A stretch of DNA of 24,195 nt, from NCBI GenBank assembly GCA_030141605.1, contig JAQGDQ010001823.1:1-24195 (forward strand). The letters are read 5' to 3'. Below, piece after piece: positions 1 through 10,705 of the stretch. Every line of letters starts with the position of its first letter. Position 1 is the stretch's first letter. The DNA is from Tubiluchus corallicola. Its lineage: Eukaryota > Animalia > Priapulida. The notes under the pieces were generated by a model, which was not told where the DNA came from, made no database searches, and saw nothing but the letters and a program-made list of their open reading frames with translations. A program made the translations under genes and the position numbers.

Positions 1-207
1 GAAACAGTTATTTCTCTCATGAACCACTGAGCGGTGAAGGTTGAATCGCTAAAAGAAATCGTACGTTGAATATTATTTATGAGCTCAAATGTGCAGTGCA
101 AACAACACAAACACTAGAAATATTGTTTATTGTATTATTTGTATTAATTTGTGATGTGAAGTGTGAAAAGTTTGAAGTAAAATATTAAATAAATAAATAA
201 AAATAAA

Positions 208-826
208 ATCAGTTAGTCGGTCGGTCAGTCAGTCAATCATTCATTCACACACTCACTAATTCACTCATTCAATGTTTCATTCACGCAATCATTCATTTAT
301 TTATTCATTCATTCACTTTCTCATTCATTTATTCATCCACTCATTCATTCATTCATTCATTCATTTATCCACTCATTCATTCATTTATTAATCCACTCAT
401 TCATTCATTTATTAATCCACTCATTCATTCATTTATTTATCAACTCATTCATTCATTTATTAATCCACTCATTCATTCATTTATTAATCCACTCATTCAT
501 TCATTTATTTATCAACTCATTCATTCATTCATTCATTTAGCAATTCATTCGTTCATTCATTTATTTATCAACTCATTCATTCATTCATTCATTTATTAAT
601 CCACTCATTCATTCATTTATTAATCCACTCATTCATTCATTTATTTATCAACTCATTCATTCATTTAATTATCAACTCATTCATTCATTTATTAATCCAC
701 TCATTCATTCATTCATTTATTCACTCTTTCATTCATTCATTCATTCATTTATTCACTCTTTCATTCATTCATTCATTCATTCATTTATTTATCCACTGAT
801 TCATCCACTGGTTCATTCATTCATTC
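208..826. repeat. (CATT)n/(TCAT)n microsatellite with ~24-bp higher-order variants, intronic to CPLANE1
   Basis: Long run of TCAT units interspersed with recurring ATTTATTAATCCACTC / ATTTATTTATCAACTC variants; begins with a short (AGTC/GGTC)n stretch. Confidence 0.95.
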
Positions 827-877
827 ACGAGGTACCCCTTTTCTCGTCTTTTAAGGTGACAAAGTAAAAGCACGTAC

Positions 878-978
878 CAAACAAGTGCCCGGTGTTTCCA
901 AGTGAGAATCAACGTTGCCAGCAGCAAGCGGGAGTGACCGTAAAACACAAATGAACACTGACAGCATCTCCGCAGAAT
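878..978 (-). CDS. CPLANE1: CPLANE1 homolog coding exon 5 (ILRRCCQCSFVFYGHSRLLLATLILTWKHRALV...); gene continues beyond the left edge of the window
   Basis: Acceptor catgtttcAG and donor GTacgt. Starts in phase 0, matching the end of exon 4. Resembles the recalled vertebrate CPLANE1 segment LFGDCCLCSFTFYSGECLKLTFLAIRW. Confidence 0.8.
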
Positions 979-1033
979 CTGAAACATGTTTGAGCATGCA
1001 CTAAATGAACATCTGCGGGGCAGAAGAAACTGC

Positions 1034-1380
<347 letters not shown>

Positions 1381-1671
1381 CAAATCAAGCAAAGCAAACC
1401 GAAAAGTTAGTTTAGTGTCAAATCAGAAGTGTAACTATTATTACGTTTGACATGAAAGGAACAGCAACATCTTTACCCGAATTTATTTGCCAATAACTTT
1501 TAATTTTGCACAAAAATTTATCGTACTTTAAACAGATCTCGCTTGATAGGAACGACAGCTAGTATTTTAGTCAGTCGGGAAGCAAAGACATGTATAATAA
1601 TTGCACTGTTTGTGTTACTAATGCACTTTTAAAACAGAATATGTGCCATTTCAGTGCTTCAAATTAAGTAA

Positions 1672-1731
1672 AAAAATCGTTGTTAAAATGAAACGACGCT
1701 AAACGGGGTGTCGTTAAGTGAGGACATACTG
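1672..1731. mobile_element. Right terminus of a pogo/Tigger-like (Tc1-mariner superfamily) MITE remnant
   Basis: ...GTCGTTAAGTGAGGACATACTG|TA; the reverse complement TA|CAGTATGTCCTCACTTAACGAC has the pogo/Tigger TIR style. No left end found. Confidence 0.5.
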
Positions 1732-2055
1732 TACAAGCCTTTGGATGAATGTAATAATCAAAATAAACTTAATTGTTACTTAATTAAAGCTACTTCGTTT
1801 AGATAAATATCACCGTTTTGGCTACATATAAACAAGTAAAGGTATGTACATTTACAAAAATATAATCATTGTAACTAATTATTATTAACTATTAGTATTA
1901 TTAACTAATTAATAGTTACCTATTAATACTAGTGATAAGAGGCATCTGTTGAAAGTGGGTGACTTTACAGCTTACAGAAAACAATTTTGTGGTATGAATT
2001 CCACATATAAGAAGCTCGGGGGAAAAACCTACTTACTTCAAAATCCTGGACTTAC

Positions 2056-2285
2056 GTGATCAGTGAAAAACGTAATGGCGCATCGAGCTTCTTTATCGTC
2101 TGCAGTCGGTAGGAGCACGTGTGTAGAGGGAGACACGCTGTGCCACGTTCCGTCCAATTCTTGACCCTTGACCTTGAAAGCGTCTTCGGCGCGATGAGCT
2201 TCGAAGACGAAAACTGCGGCACGGTTGTAGATTACCGTTATGACTCCGCCCGTGTCAGAAACGGCTACCGCTTCCGAGAACCCAG
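2056..2285 (-). CDS. CPLANE1: CPLANE1 homolog coding exon 4 (AGFSEAVAVSDTGGVITVIYNRAAVFVFE...LDGTWHSVSPSTHVLLPTADDKEARCAITFFTDH)
   Basis: GC-rich 230-nt open exon with ttgcAG acceptor and GTaagt donor, phase 1 in and phase 0 out. Matches recalled LAGRWSQVIPEEAVLLPSTEDKEAVVNAVF. Confidence 0.88.
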
Positions 2286-2747
2286 CTGCAATTATTCAAC
2301 GAGTTCTTGTCAGATAAATCGATTCGCGGCACGGAAATAATTTTTAATAATAAATTAGAATAATCAATAAAAATCTGACGATTATTCATGAAAAGGAAAG
2401 ATGTTCAGTCCAACATTGTGAAACGTATCGAGAACAAATTCATGGTGGCCCATTTATGATGACACAGTCTCTGTGTGCAGCTGCTAATACCTCCCCCCTC
2501 CCCCCAGGTACCGTTATATTAAGAAGTTATCTGATACAATCACCAAACCTGACGGCGATTTTCGCAAAATCAGAGCTCGTGTATCGTCATCAGATGAAAG
2601 AAAAAGTGTTACTTACAAAACTGAACAAAATCCTAAAATCCTAAATCACAATTTAACGTAAGCAATCGGACTACTCGAAATTCTAATAAATTAGTCACGC
2701 GTCAGTCTTAAATATTCGTACATTAATATTTACTAACCGTCATTTTC

Positions 2748-4153
2748 TACTAATGTCTAATGTAATCTTGTAGTAAAACTTGTCAGCTTTTGTAGATATA
2801 GTCTATTCTTACTGTAAATGTTACTAATGTCTAATGTAATCTTGTAGTAAAACTTGTCAGCTTGTGTAGTTATAGTCTGTTCTTACTGTAAATGTTACTA
2901 ATGTCTAATGTAATCTTGTAGTAAAACTTGTCAGCTTGTGTAGTTATAGTCTGTTCTTACTGTAAATGTTACTAATGTCTAATGTAATCTTGTAGTAAAA
3001 CTTGTCAGCTTGTGTAGTTATAGTCTATTCTTACTGTAAATGTTACTAATATCTAATGTAATCTTGTAGTAAAACATGTCAGCTTGTGTAGTTATAGTCT
3101 GTTCTTACTGTAAATGTTACTAATGTCTAATGTAATCTTGTAGTAAAACTTGTCAGCTTGTGTAGTTATAGTCTATTCTTACTGTAAATGTTACTAATGT
3201 CTAATGTAATCTTGTAGTAAAACTTGTCAGCTTGTGTAGTTATAGTCTATTCTTACTGTAAATGTTACTAATGTCTAATGTAATCTTGTAGTAAAACTTG
3301 TCAGCTTGTGTAGTTATAGTCTATTCTTACTGTAAATGTTACTAATGTCTAATGTAATCTTGTAGTAAAACTTGTCAGCTTGTGTAGTTATAGTCTATTC
3401 TTACTGTAAATGTTACTAATGTCTAATGTAATCTTGTAGTAAAACTTGTCAGCTTGTGTAGTTATAGTCTATTCTTACTGTAAATGTTACTAATGTCTAA
3501 TGTAATCTTGTAGTAAAACTTGTCAGCTTGTGTAGTTATAGTCTATTCTTACTGTAAATGTTACTAATGTCTAATGTAATCTTGTAGTAAAACTTGTCAG
3601 CTTGTGTAGTTATAGTCTATTCTTACTGTAAATGTTACTAATGTCTAATGTAATCTTGTAGTAAAACTTGTCAGCTTGTGTAGTTATAGTCTATTCTTAC
3701 TGTAAATGTTACTAATGTCTAATGTAATCTTGTAGTAAAACTTGTCAGCTTGTGTAGTTATAGTCTATTCTTACTGTAAATGTTACTAATGTCTAATGTA
3801 ATCTTGTAGTAAAACTTGTCAGCTTGTGTAGTTATAGTCTATTCTTACTGTAAATGTTACTAATGTCTAATGTAATCTTGTAGTAAAACTTGTCAGCTTG
3901 TGTAGTTATAGTCTATTCTTACTGTAAATGTTACTAATGTCTAATGTAATCTTGTAGTAAAACTTGTCAGCTTGTGTAGTTATAGTCTATTCTTACTGTA
4001 AATGTTACTAATGTCTAATGTAATCTTGTAGTAAAACTTGTCAGCTTGTGTAGTTATAGTCTATTCTTACTGTAAATGTTACTAATGTCTAATGTAATCT
4101 TGTAGTAAAACTTGTCAGCTTGTGTAGTTATAGTCTATTCTTACTGTAAATGT
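2748..4153. repeat. 74-bp minisatellite, 19 tandem copies
   Basis: Unit TACTAATGTCTAATGTAATCTTGTAGTAAAACTTGTCAGCTTGTGTAGTTATAGTCTATTCTTACTGTAAATGT; 1406 bp / 74 = 19; no spacers. Confidence 0.96.
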
Positions 4154-4400
4154 TTTTGTAAATAGTGTATAAAGTCTGTTGTGGTGAGGATCCTAAATCA
4201 TGTTGTTCAAACTGTCTGATCCAATCCTATAATAAATTATGTTTAAACTAAAGTCGCAGAAAACAAAGCGAAGACAGGAAATAAATGTGGACAAAGTCGA
4301 ATTGCCTTGTTAGTTTGTTTTGTTTCAGGTTTTCTAATTTCGTAGCACGGACTTTGCAGTTTCAACGGCAGGTGCATAAACAAACGAGGCTCGTACTGAC

Positions 4401-4511
4401 CGTTGGTCGAGGTCATCAACTGAGGAAGAGCAGGAGTGAATTTGAGCAAATCCTTGTCTCGATGCCACAGGAAGACGACGCCCGATGTCTGCAGACCAAC
4501 CAGCCACGCTC
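4401..4511 (-). CDS. CPLANE1: CPLANE1 homolog coding exon 3 (GAWLVGLQTSGVVFLWHRDKDLLKFTPALPQLMTSTN)
   Basis: Polypyrimidine tract plus ccacAG acceptor, GTcagt donor, 111 nt, phase 1/1. Matches recalled AWLAGVLTTGELFLWNKDQDCLKTIP. Confidence 0.9.
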
Positions 4512-4591
4512 CTGTGGAAGTAGAAAAAGTATTTTATCCTTACAGCTAACACAGAGAGTTTCCGCTACAGTCAAACAGCGAAAAATTCTGA

Positions 4592-4604
4592 CTCTCTCTG
4601 CCTC

Positions 4605-4635
<31 letters not shown>
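4592..4635. repeat. (CT)n microsatellite
   Basis: Directly visible. Confidence 0.9.
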
Positions 4636-4639
<4 letters not shown>

Positions 4640-4734
4640 GTAGATTGGATATCACTGCCAGTTAACTATTTTTTCCTGAGTGATTGTGGTAATAACTAAG
4701 TGATTGTACTTGAGAGTGGCTGGATGCCACAACC

Positions 4735-5100
<366 letters not shown>

Positions 5101-5610
5101 GGCAGCAAGCAGTATGGTACAAACTTAGTTTTCCTGGAAGTTACAATAATAATGAGACCCGCAATAAAAATATTTATTTTTATGTCCAATTCCCTAGTAA
5201 TATTTTATACTGCATCCGGATGCAGAACGCGGCCATGTTTTTCCATGGCTAATTCTCGGCCAGAGTGCCATTTTTGTGATGCTCATTGTATTGGAGGTTA
5301 AAAAGTTTTGAATTTTTAGCCAAATCAGTGTATTAACAGCCGAGTCGTGTTGCCGGTTATACCGTAATTATCGAACATACACATTCACTATACAGAAATA
5401 TTTTTTCATTTCTAAGTTATTATTTCATTTCTAAAATTCATTAAAAACCTTTGCAGTGCATAGTAAGCTGACGACTCATACTTCTAAAGCAGTAATACTA
5501 CACCCATCGCTTGATGGGTTCATTCGGTTAATTGGGTCAAAACACGTCTGTCCCAAAGTGAGTCTATTAAGCGGCGCCAACTGTAATTTGTATAACTCGT
5601 TATATTGTAC

Positions 5611-5746
5611 CATTAGCGGATGCTCCAAAAGCGACCACGTCGTCCAGAAGCGGTTGCAACGTGGGAATTCTTCTCTTCGTTTTCCCGGATGGAAGATAAA
5701 GCTTGCTCATCCTGCTCTTATCCACCAGAAACAAACCCTCCTTTGC
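5611..5746 (-). CDS. CPLANE1: CPLANE1 homolog coding exon 2 (AKEGLFLVDKSRMSKLYLPSGKTKRRIPTLQPLLDDVVAFGASAN)
   Basis: ttttttatttAG acceptor, GTacaa donor, 136 nt, phase 0/1. Matches recalled EKEAVFLLDDKFINEINLLSGKIKKKIPSLQPFLKDV. Confidence 0.9.
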
Positions 5747-5871
5747 CTAAATAAAAAATTGCAAAGTTACTAATCATTCAGGTAAAGGAATACCCGGGCA
5801 TGCCCGTTTATCTAAAAATCCTTCAGCTTCCTTCAGGGATGAGAATGGCAAATTGCAAAAAACTTTGAAAC

Positions 5872-5924
5872 AGGCCGGGAGTTTGGGCCACCTAGGCCCC
5901 CGTGGGGGTTCAAGGGGGCGAAGC
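5872..5924. mobile_element. Short GC-rich interspersed-repeat fragment (GGGGGTTCAAGGGGGCGAAGC type)
   Basis: GC-rich island resembling the GGGGTCCAGGGGGCGAAGCCCC core seen in many invertebrate MITE/SINE-like repeats. No ends resolved. Confidence 0.35.
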
Positions 5925-6032
5925 AACAAATTGCAATTTTGTGACGATAGAGAGCCTCTAAGCGGACTTAAAATATCAATTACCTTGTTTCATGCATAAT
6001 TTAAAATACCCAACTATCAAGGATACATGATA

Positions 6033-6236
6033 CCTAATTGTCTCAAAAATGCCTAAGTACTGGCCGCTCCTATGCAAAAGTATATAAAAACTGTCTGCAA
6101 TTGACTCAAATAACTCCGCACAATTGATTCTATATTTTTATACATAGAGATATGGCCACACTGATGTACGTGATGTAAACAAAGTGACGACCTGCCAACT
6201 AGCGGTCAGCTTGTGAAATAATGTACTTGGTCCGTA
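6033..6236 (+). repeat. Diverged ~200-bp direct repeat, copy A (copy B at 6861-7047)
   Basis: Shared blocks CCTAATTGTCTCAAAAA, GCAAAAGTATATAAAAACTG, TCAAATAACTC, CCTGCCAACTAG, GGTCAGCT and GGTCCGTA occur in the same order. Confidence 0.85.
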
Positions 6237-6374
6237 AAAATTTTCTCAACGAATTTATGCGATTTACAAAAATGGCACTACTGGTTTTCCAAAAACTCGG
6301 AATTCCGCGTAACTAGAGTGAAACATCAATCAATTATGTAAACAAATGCTTAAGCTTTAGTTTTTCTCCCTTAC

Positions 6375-6455
6375 CTTTCCCAGCCACACTAGGCGTGGCC
6401 ACGGTTTCTTCCTTCTGATGGAAGTAGAAGCTAAAACTTCCAAACTCAGCTTCAT
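6375..6455 (-). CDS. CPLANE1: CPLANE1 homolog first coding exon (MKLSLEVLASTSIRRKKPWPRLVWLGK)
   Basis: ATG at 6455 with an upstream in-frame TAG; 81 nt; AAG|GTAAG donor. Matches the recalled CPLANE1 N-terminus MEIRLEILTSTGIKQKKPWPRVSWLGK. Confidence 0.92.
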
Positions 6456-6480
6456 CAGTAACACTTTCTTACAACATTGA

Positions 6481-6580
6481 CAGGACAGCGTCCAGCTTGC
6501 TTGATAGATACTACTGGTCAGCTATCATTCCAGGACAGCGTCCAGGTTGCTTGATAGATACTACTGGTAAGCTATCGTTC
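6481..6580 (+). repeat. Tandem 2x50-bp duplication in the putative CPLANE1 5' UTR
   Basis: CAGGACAGCGTCCAG(C/G)TTGCTTGATAGATACTACTGGT(C/A)AGCTATC(A/G)TTC occurs twice, with 3 mismatches. Confidence 0.92.
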
Positions 6581-6860
6581 CGTAAATTAGAGTCTTTTCC
6601 ATATAGACGACAGCTGTTCTCACTTCTCCCTTCAATCGCGCACTTTGATGGGCCAGAGGCCACAGTAAAAGGTCAACGCAGCTACATGGTTTTTGACAAA
6701 TCTTCTTCAAACTGCTGGAAAAAACAATACACTAATATGTCAAAATGCCGGACAAAAGAGTGGAGATGTCTGTCTGAATGTGCTGATTGTCCGAATTTAC
6801 CGATACTAAGCTAATACATTAGGTATTGTGTATTAGACTCACATGATTTAGAATCAATCG

Positions 6861-7047
6861 CCTAATTGTCTCAAAAACGTCTAGTACGGGTTGCTCGTAA
6901 GCAAAAGTATATAAAAACTGACGGTAATTGAGTCAAATAACTCTGCATAATTGACTCTGCCATGTGATTACACGGATATAATGATGTAAAGAAAGTGACA
7001 GCCTGCCAACTAGTGGTCAGCTCGCGAAACTACAGACTGGGTCCGTA
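6861..7047 (+). repeat. Diverged ~190-bp direct repeat, copy B
   Basis: See copy A at 6033-6236. Confidence 0.85.
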
Positions 7048-7538
7048 GTATGCGAGACTTTTAAACTGTCCAGATTATGTCCAATTCTTCCGTCATCCGT
7101 AAACCGAGATACGAGCGTAATTATAACTAAAGCGATAATTCCTACAAGCAATGCGAAACAGAGAGTTTCCGCTACAATCACAGAATACATCCCAAACAAA
7201 GATAGAGTTTGATTTCGTAGGATACATAACTAAGAGCTGTAATGATACACCCAGATCATGATATCCATCATGATACACCCAAGTTCACATTTGCAAGTTT
7301 TATAAAAAGGAACTCGATGAAGACCTTGATAATAAATGCTTCATCAATTTTTTATGAGTCAACAGTTCTAGGATTTCTAAACGCTAAAATAATTCCACAA
7401 ATTGTTTAGCTTTTGTTTATTCCTTGTGCATTTGTGTAGGCTATTGGTTGAATTGTAAGCCACATTGAAAAGCAAGACGTATCAATACTTTAGATTTAAA
7501 AGTTGCTTGTGCTTTTTCTGGTTCACTTTTGCTATTTC

Positions 7539-8778
7539 ACAAGTTTATATGTAAACAACATAATTAGTCTACTACAGGTTAAACACCTTGTATTTTCAAA
7601 CACTTTAACTGCTAGCCATACATGTGTTAAGTTAACTACTGTTCACTGCACCGATTGTTACATATCTACAGTAAACTCTACAGCTACAGCTTGAATCATA
7701 TTACAAGTCTATAGGTAAACAACATAATTAGTCTACTACAGGTTAAACACCTTGTATTTTCAATCGCTTTGGCTGCTAGCAATACCTGTGTTAAGTTAAC
7801 TACTGTTCACTGCACCGATTGTTACGTATCTACAGTAAACTCTACAGCTACAGCTTGAATCATATTACAAGTTTATAGGTAAACAACATAATTAGTCTAC
7901 TACAGGTTAAACACCTTGTATTTTCAATCGCTTTGGCTGCTAGCAGTACCTGTGTTAAGTTAACTACTATTCACTGCACTGATTGTTATGTATCTACAGT
8001 AAACTCTACAGCTACAGCTTGAATCATATTACAAGTTTATATGTAAACAACATAATTAGTCTACTAAGGGTTAAACACCTTGTATTTTCAATCGCTTTGG
8101 CTGCTAGCAGTGCCTGTGTTAAGTTAACTACTATTCACTGCACTGATTGTTACATATCTACAGTAAACTCTACAGCTACAGCTTGAATCATATTACAAGT
8201 TTATAGGTAAACAACATAATTAGTCTACTACAGGTTAAACACCTTGTATTTTCAATCGCTTTGGCTGCTAGCAATACCTGTGTTAAGTTAACTACTGTTC
8301 ACTGCACCGATTGTTACGTATCTACAGTAAACTCTACAGCTACAGCTTGAATCATATTACAAGTCTATAGGTAAACAACATAATTAGTCTACTACAGGTT
8401 AAACACCTTGTATTTTCAATCGCTTTGGCTGCTAGCAGTGCCTGTGTTAAGTTAACTACTATTCACTGCACTGATTGTTATGTATCTACAGTAAACTCTA
8501 CAGCTACAGCTTGAATCATATTACAAGTTTATATGTAAACAACATGATTAGTCAACTACAGGTTAAACACCTTGTATTTTCAATCGCTTTGGCTGCTAGC
8601 AGTGCCTGTGTTAAGTTAACTACTATTCACTGCACTGATTGTTATGTATCTACAGTAAACTCTACAGCTACAGCTTGAATCATATTACAAGTTTATAGGT
8701 AAACAACATAATTAGTCTACTACAGGTTAAACACCTTGTATTTTCAACCACTTTAACTGCTAGCAATACCTGTGTTAA
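7539..8778. repeat. 164-bp satellite array (~7.5 monomers), with a 3-monomer (492-bp) higher-order pattern
   Basis: TTACAAG recurs at 7701, 7865, 8029, 8193, 8357, 8521 and 8685. Variant TATATGT is in monomers 1, 4, 7; variant GCAATACC...TACGTA is in 2, 5, 8. Confidence 0.95.
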
Positions 8779-10156
8779 AGTGCAAGAAAGCCCTCCACTT
8801 ACAAAAAGTTTAAAAGATTAGTTTGAAATTTTATACCACTTACATACTACCTTTTCATATGCAAGACTTGCATCGGCCGTAATGCTGTGTAAATCTAAAC
8901 TCCCACGATGACCGTGAGGCACAGCCATTTTAATGGTAGGTCGTTTGAAACAAGTTTAAATAACATTCAGTAAAGTTTGAAAAAATAATCAGAACATTCG
9001 TAGCATACATGTTGCTAATTAAGTAAAATTTTAAATTACTGTATCTTGTCAATAAGATTAAAAGAGGTTTTTGGCTAGTGAGTGGCGCACCCTGGAGGGT
9101 GAGTCAGTGACATTTACCAAATATTTTTGTAGGGAGCCGAGTTGACCACTGGGCCAAGTAGACCACTTCCGGTAAAACCGATGCGCTAAAAGTAGTGTCC
9201 TACATGGGCAGCCCAAGTAGGACACTAGCGATTTTTGTCGAGAATCGGTAATTTTGTCAAATTTTTGAAAATTCTGTGGAAGTTTCTTCATTTCATTAAA
9301 AACTGTGCTTGTTGGTTGGTAAAAAACTTGTTGGTAAAAAAGTAATTTTTAACATTTAAGAAAAGCAAAGATAATTAGTTTTAATATTATCAGTAGTATT
9401 GTAACATGTAGGGCACTGTCCTACATGGCTCGCTAGCCCATGTAGGACACATAGATCGCTAGAACATTTACTTATAAGAAAACAATTATTTGCCCAAGAG
9501 GTAGTGAAACGGATCACCTGTTTGTGAAGTGAGACAAAATCAAAAATGATATACCTTAAACAAATGTTGAATTTGAAAAAAAGTGGTTTTTTTCACTTCA
9601 ACAACATTAATATCGAAACCAAATTTAATATTGTCCGTTCTACCAGCTCAGAATAAAATTCTTTTATTTTATTAAATGTATAATAAATTATTCAACGTGT
9701 ATTAACGTTTTTAATTATTATTATTACATAAACAAGCACAACGGACGGTGTCAGTACACTTAACGACTCAATTCGCGACCTGTCTCTAGTGTCCTACTTG
9801 GGCAGCCCAAGTAGACCAATTTGTCTACTTGGCTTAGTGGTCCACTCGGCTCCCAACAATTTTAAATGATTAGTCTAGTTACATAAGTTTTTCCAGCAGG
9901 TAAGCGAAATACTAAGTAATAATAATTTTGCACGGAAAGTTTTTTCGGACATAGTTTAACAATTCCTTTTCTTCCCCCAATTTACGTTTGTGTAGGTGTT
10001 CCGCCGTCGGAACAGTATTGCTGGATATTTGAAATGAAAACAAACAAAAAATCCTTTCAACGCGAGTACGATATACGCATAAAATTGCTATAAAGTAATA
10101 TCATTTTTTAAGGCAATTTTTCTGAAACCTATTTCAGGTACCCCTATTCTTGCCCT
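8779..10156. mobile_element. Non-autonomous Kolobok-like DNA transposon (1378 bp), TTAA target-site duplication
   Basis: TTAA|AGTGCAAGAA ... TTCTTGCCCT|TTAA (short TIR, AG...CT ends). Removing it restores the satellite monomer TGTGTTAAGT(T/C)AACTACTG. A TTAA TSD with RR...YY termini is the Kolobok/T2-MITE signature. Confidence 0.8.
9128..9858. mobile_element. Nested 731-bp MITE with TGT...ACA ends, ~36-bp TIRs and a 5-bp TSD (Ginger-like)
   Basis: Left end TGTAGGGAGCCGAGTTGACCACTGGGCCAAGTAGAC; reverse complement of right end TGTTGGGAGCCGAGTGGACCACTAAGCCAAGTAGAC. ATTTT flanks both ends (9123-9127, 9859-9863). The superfamily assignment is an inference. Confidence 0.8.
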
Positions 10157-10289
10157 TTAAGTCAACTACTGTTCACTGCACTGGTTGTTACGTATCTACA
10201 GTAAACTCTGCAGGTACAGCGTGAATCATATTACAAGTTTATATGTAAACAACATAAATAGCCTAGTACAGGTTAAACACCTTGTATTT
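10157..10289. repeat. Distal remnant of the 164-bp satellite (rest of monomer 8 plus start of monomer 9)
   Basis: Continues exactly where the array stops at 8778; carries more substitutions than the main array. Confidence 0.9.
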
Positions 10290-10691
10290 CGAGGGATCGA
10301 GTGTTTTCACGTACGTCATTTTGATCTAAGGCTCAGATTTATTTTTTCGGGCAGTAAAAATCAATACGTATAAGTGTTACTAATTTTACTGCAAAATTAT
10401 TTGATTTATATAAAATTTTCTGCTTTTTTTCTACTAACAGCGTGCTAAGCGCAAGACGCCAGTTCAAAAGTTACCTACCAATTTTTGCATGAATTTTTGT
10501 TCAAACAACGCTTTACAAATATAGGCAACCTTTTAACTAAATCTGTTTGGAAGTTTTTATTACTACCTCCACTTTCTACGCCCAAATTACATAAAATTAC
10601 TTTGTCAACCAAGTTAACTAACAGTTTCTCGATATAATCATATTTTTAGTTAACTTTGCAAATATTTCTGATAATTATTTCAGAGTTAACT

Positions 10692-10705
10692 GTTGCCATG
10701 GTAAC
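10692..10705. promoter_or_regulatory. Candidate RFX X-box (GTTGCCATGGTAAC)
   Basis: Near-canonical X-box within the 22-bp near-palindrome AACTGTTGCCATGGTAACAGTT, ~4.2 kb upstream of the CPLANE1 ATG. Function not shown. Confidence 0.3.

Noticed and set aside
2119-2340. Plus-strand ORFs at 2119, 4285 and 5456
   Set aside because: Antisense shadows of CPLANE1 exons on the minus strand.
2748-4153. CRISPR-like regular array (also the 164-bp and 22-bp arrays)
   Set aside because: Head-to-tail units with no unique spacers, no cas genes, and a eukaryotic intron-containing context.
5210-5225. Perfect 16-bp palindrome CTGCATCCGGATGCAG
   Set aside because: Isolated, with no TSD or partner structure; no function can be assigned.
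7667-7678. TACAGTAAACTC in each satellite monomer equals the reverse-complemented right end of the 19273-19655 MITE
   Set aside because: Only 12 nt in AT-rich DNA, and the similarity does not extend; insufficient to claim a MITE origin for the satellite.
7503-8678. Repeated 63-67-aa ORFs (also 10185-10373)
   Set aside because: Chance frames in the 164-bp satellite; their 492-bp spacing only reflects the higher-order repeat.
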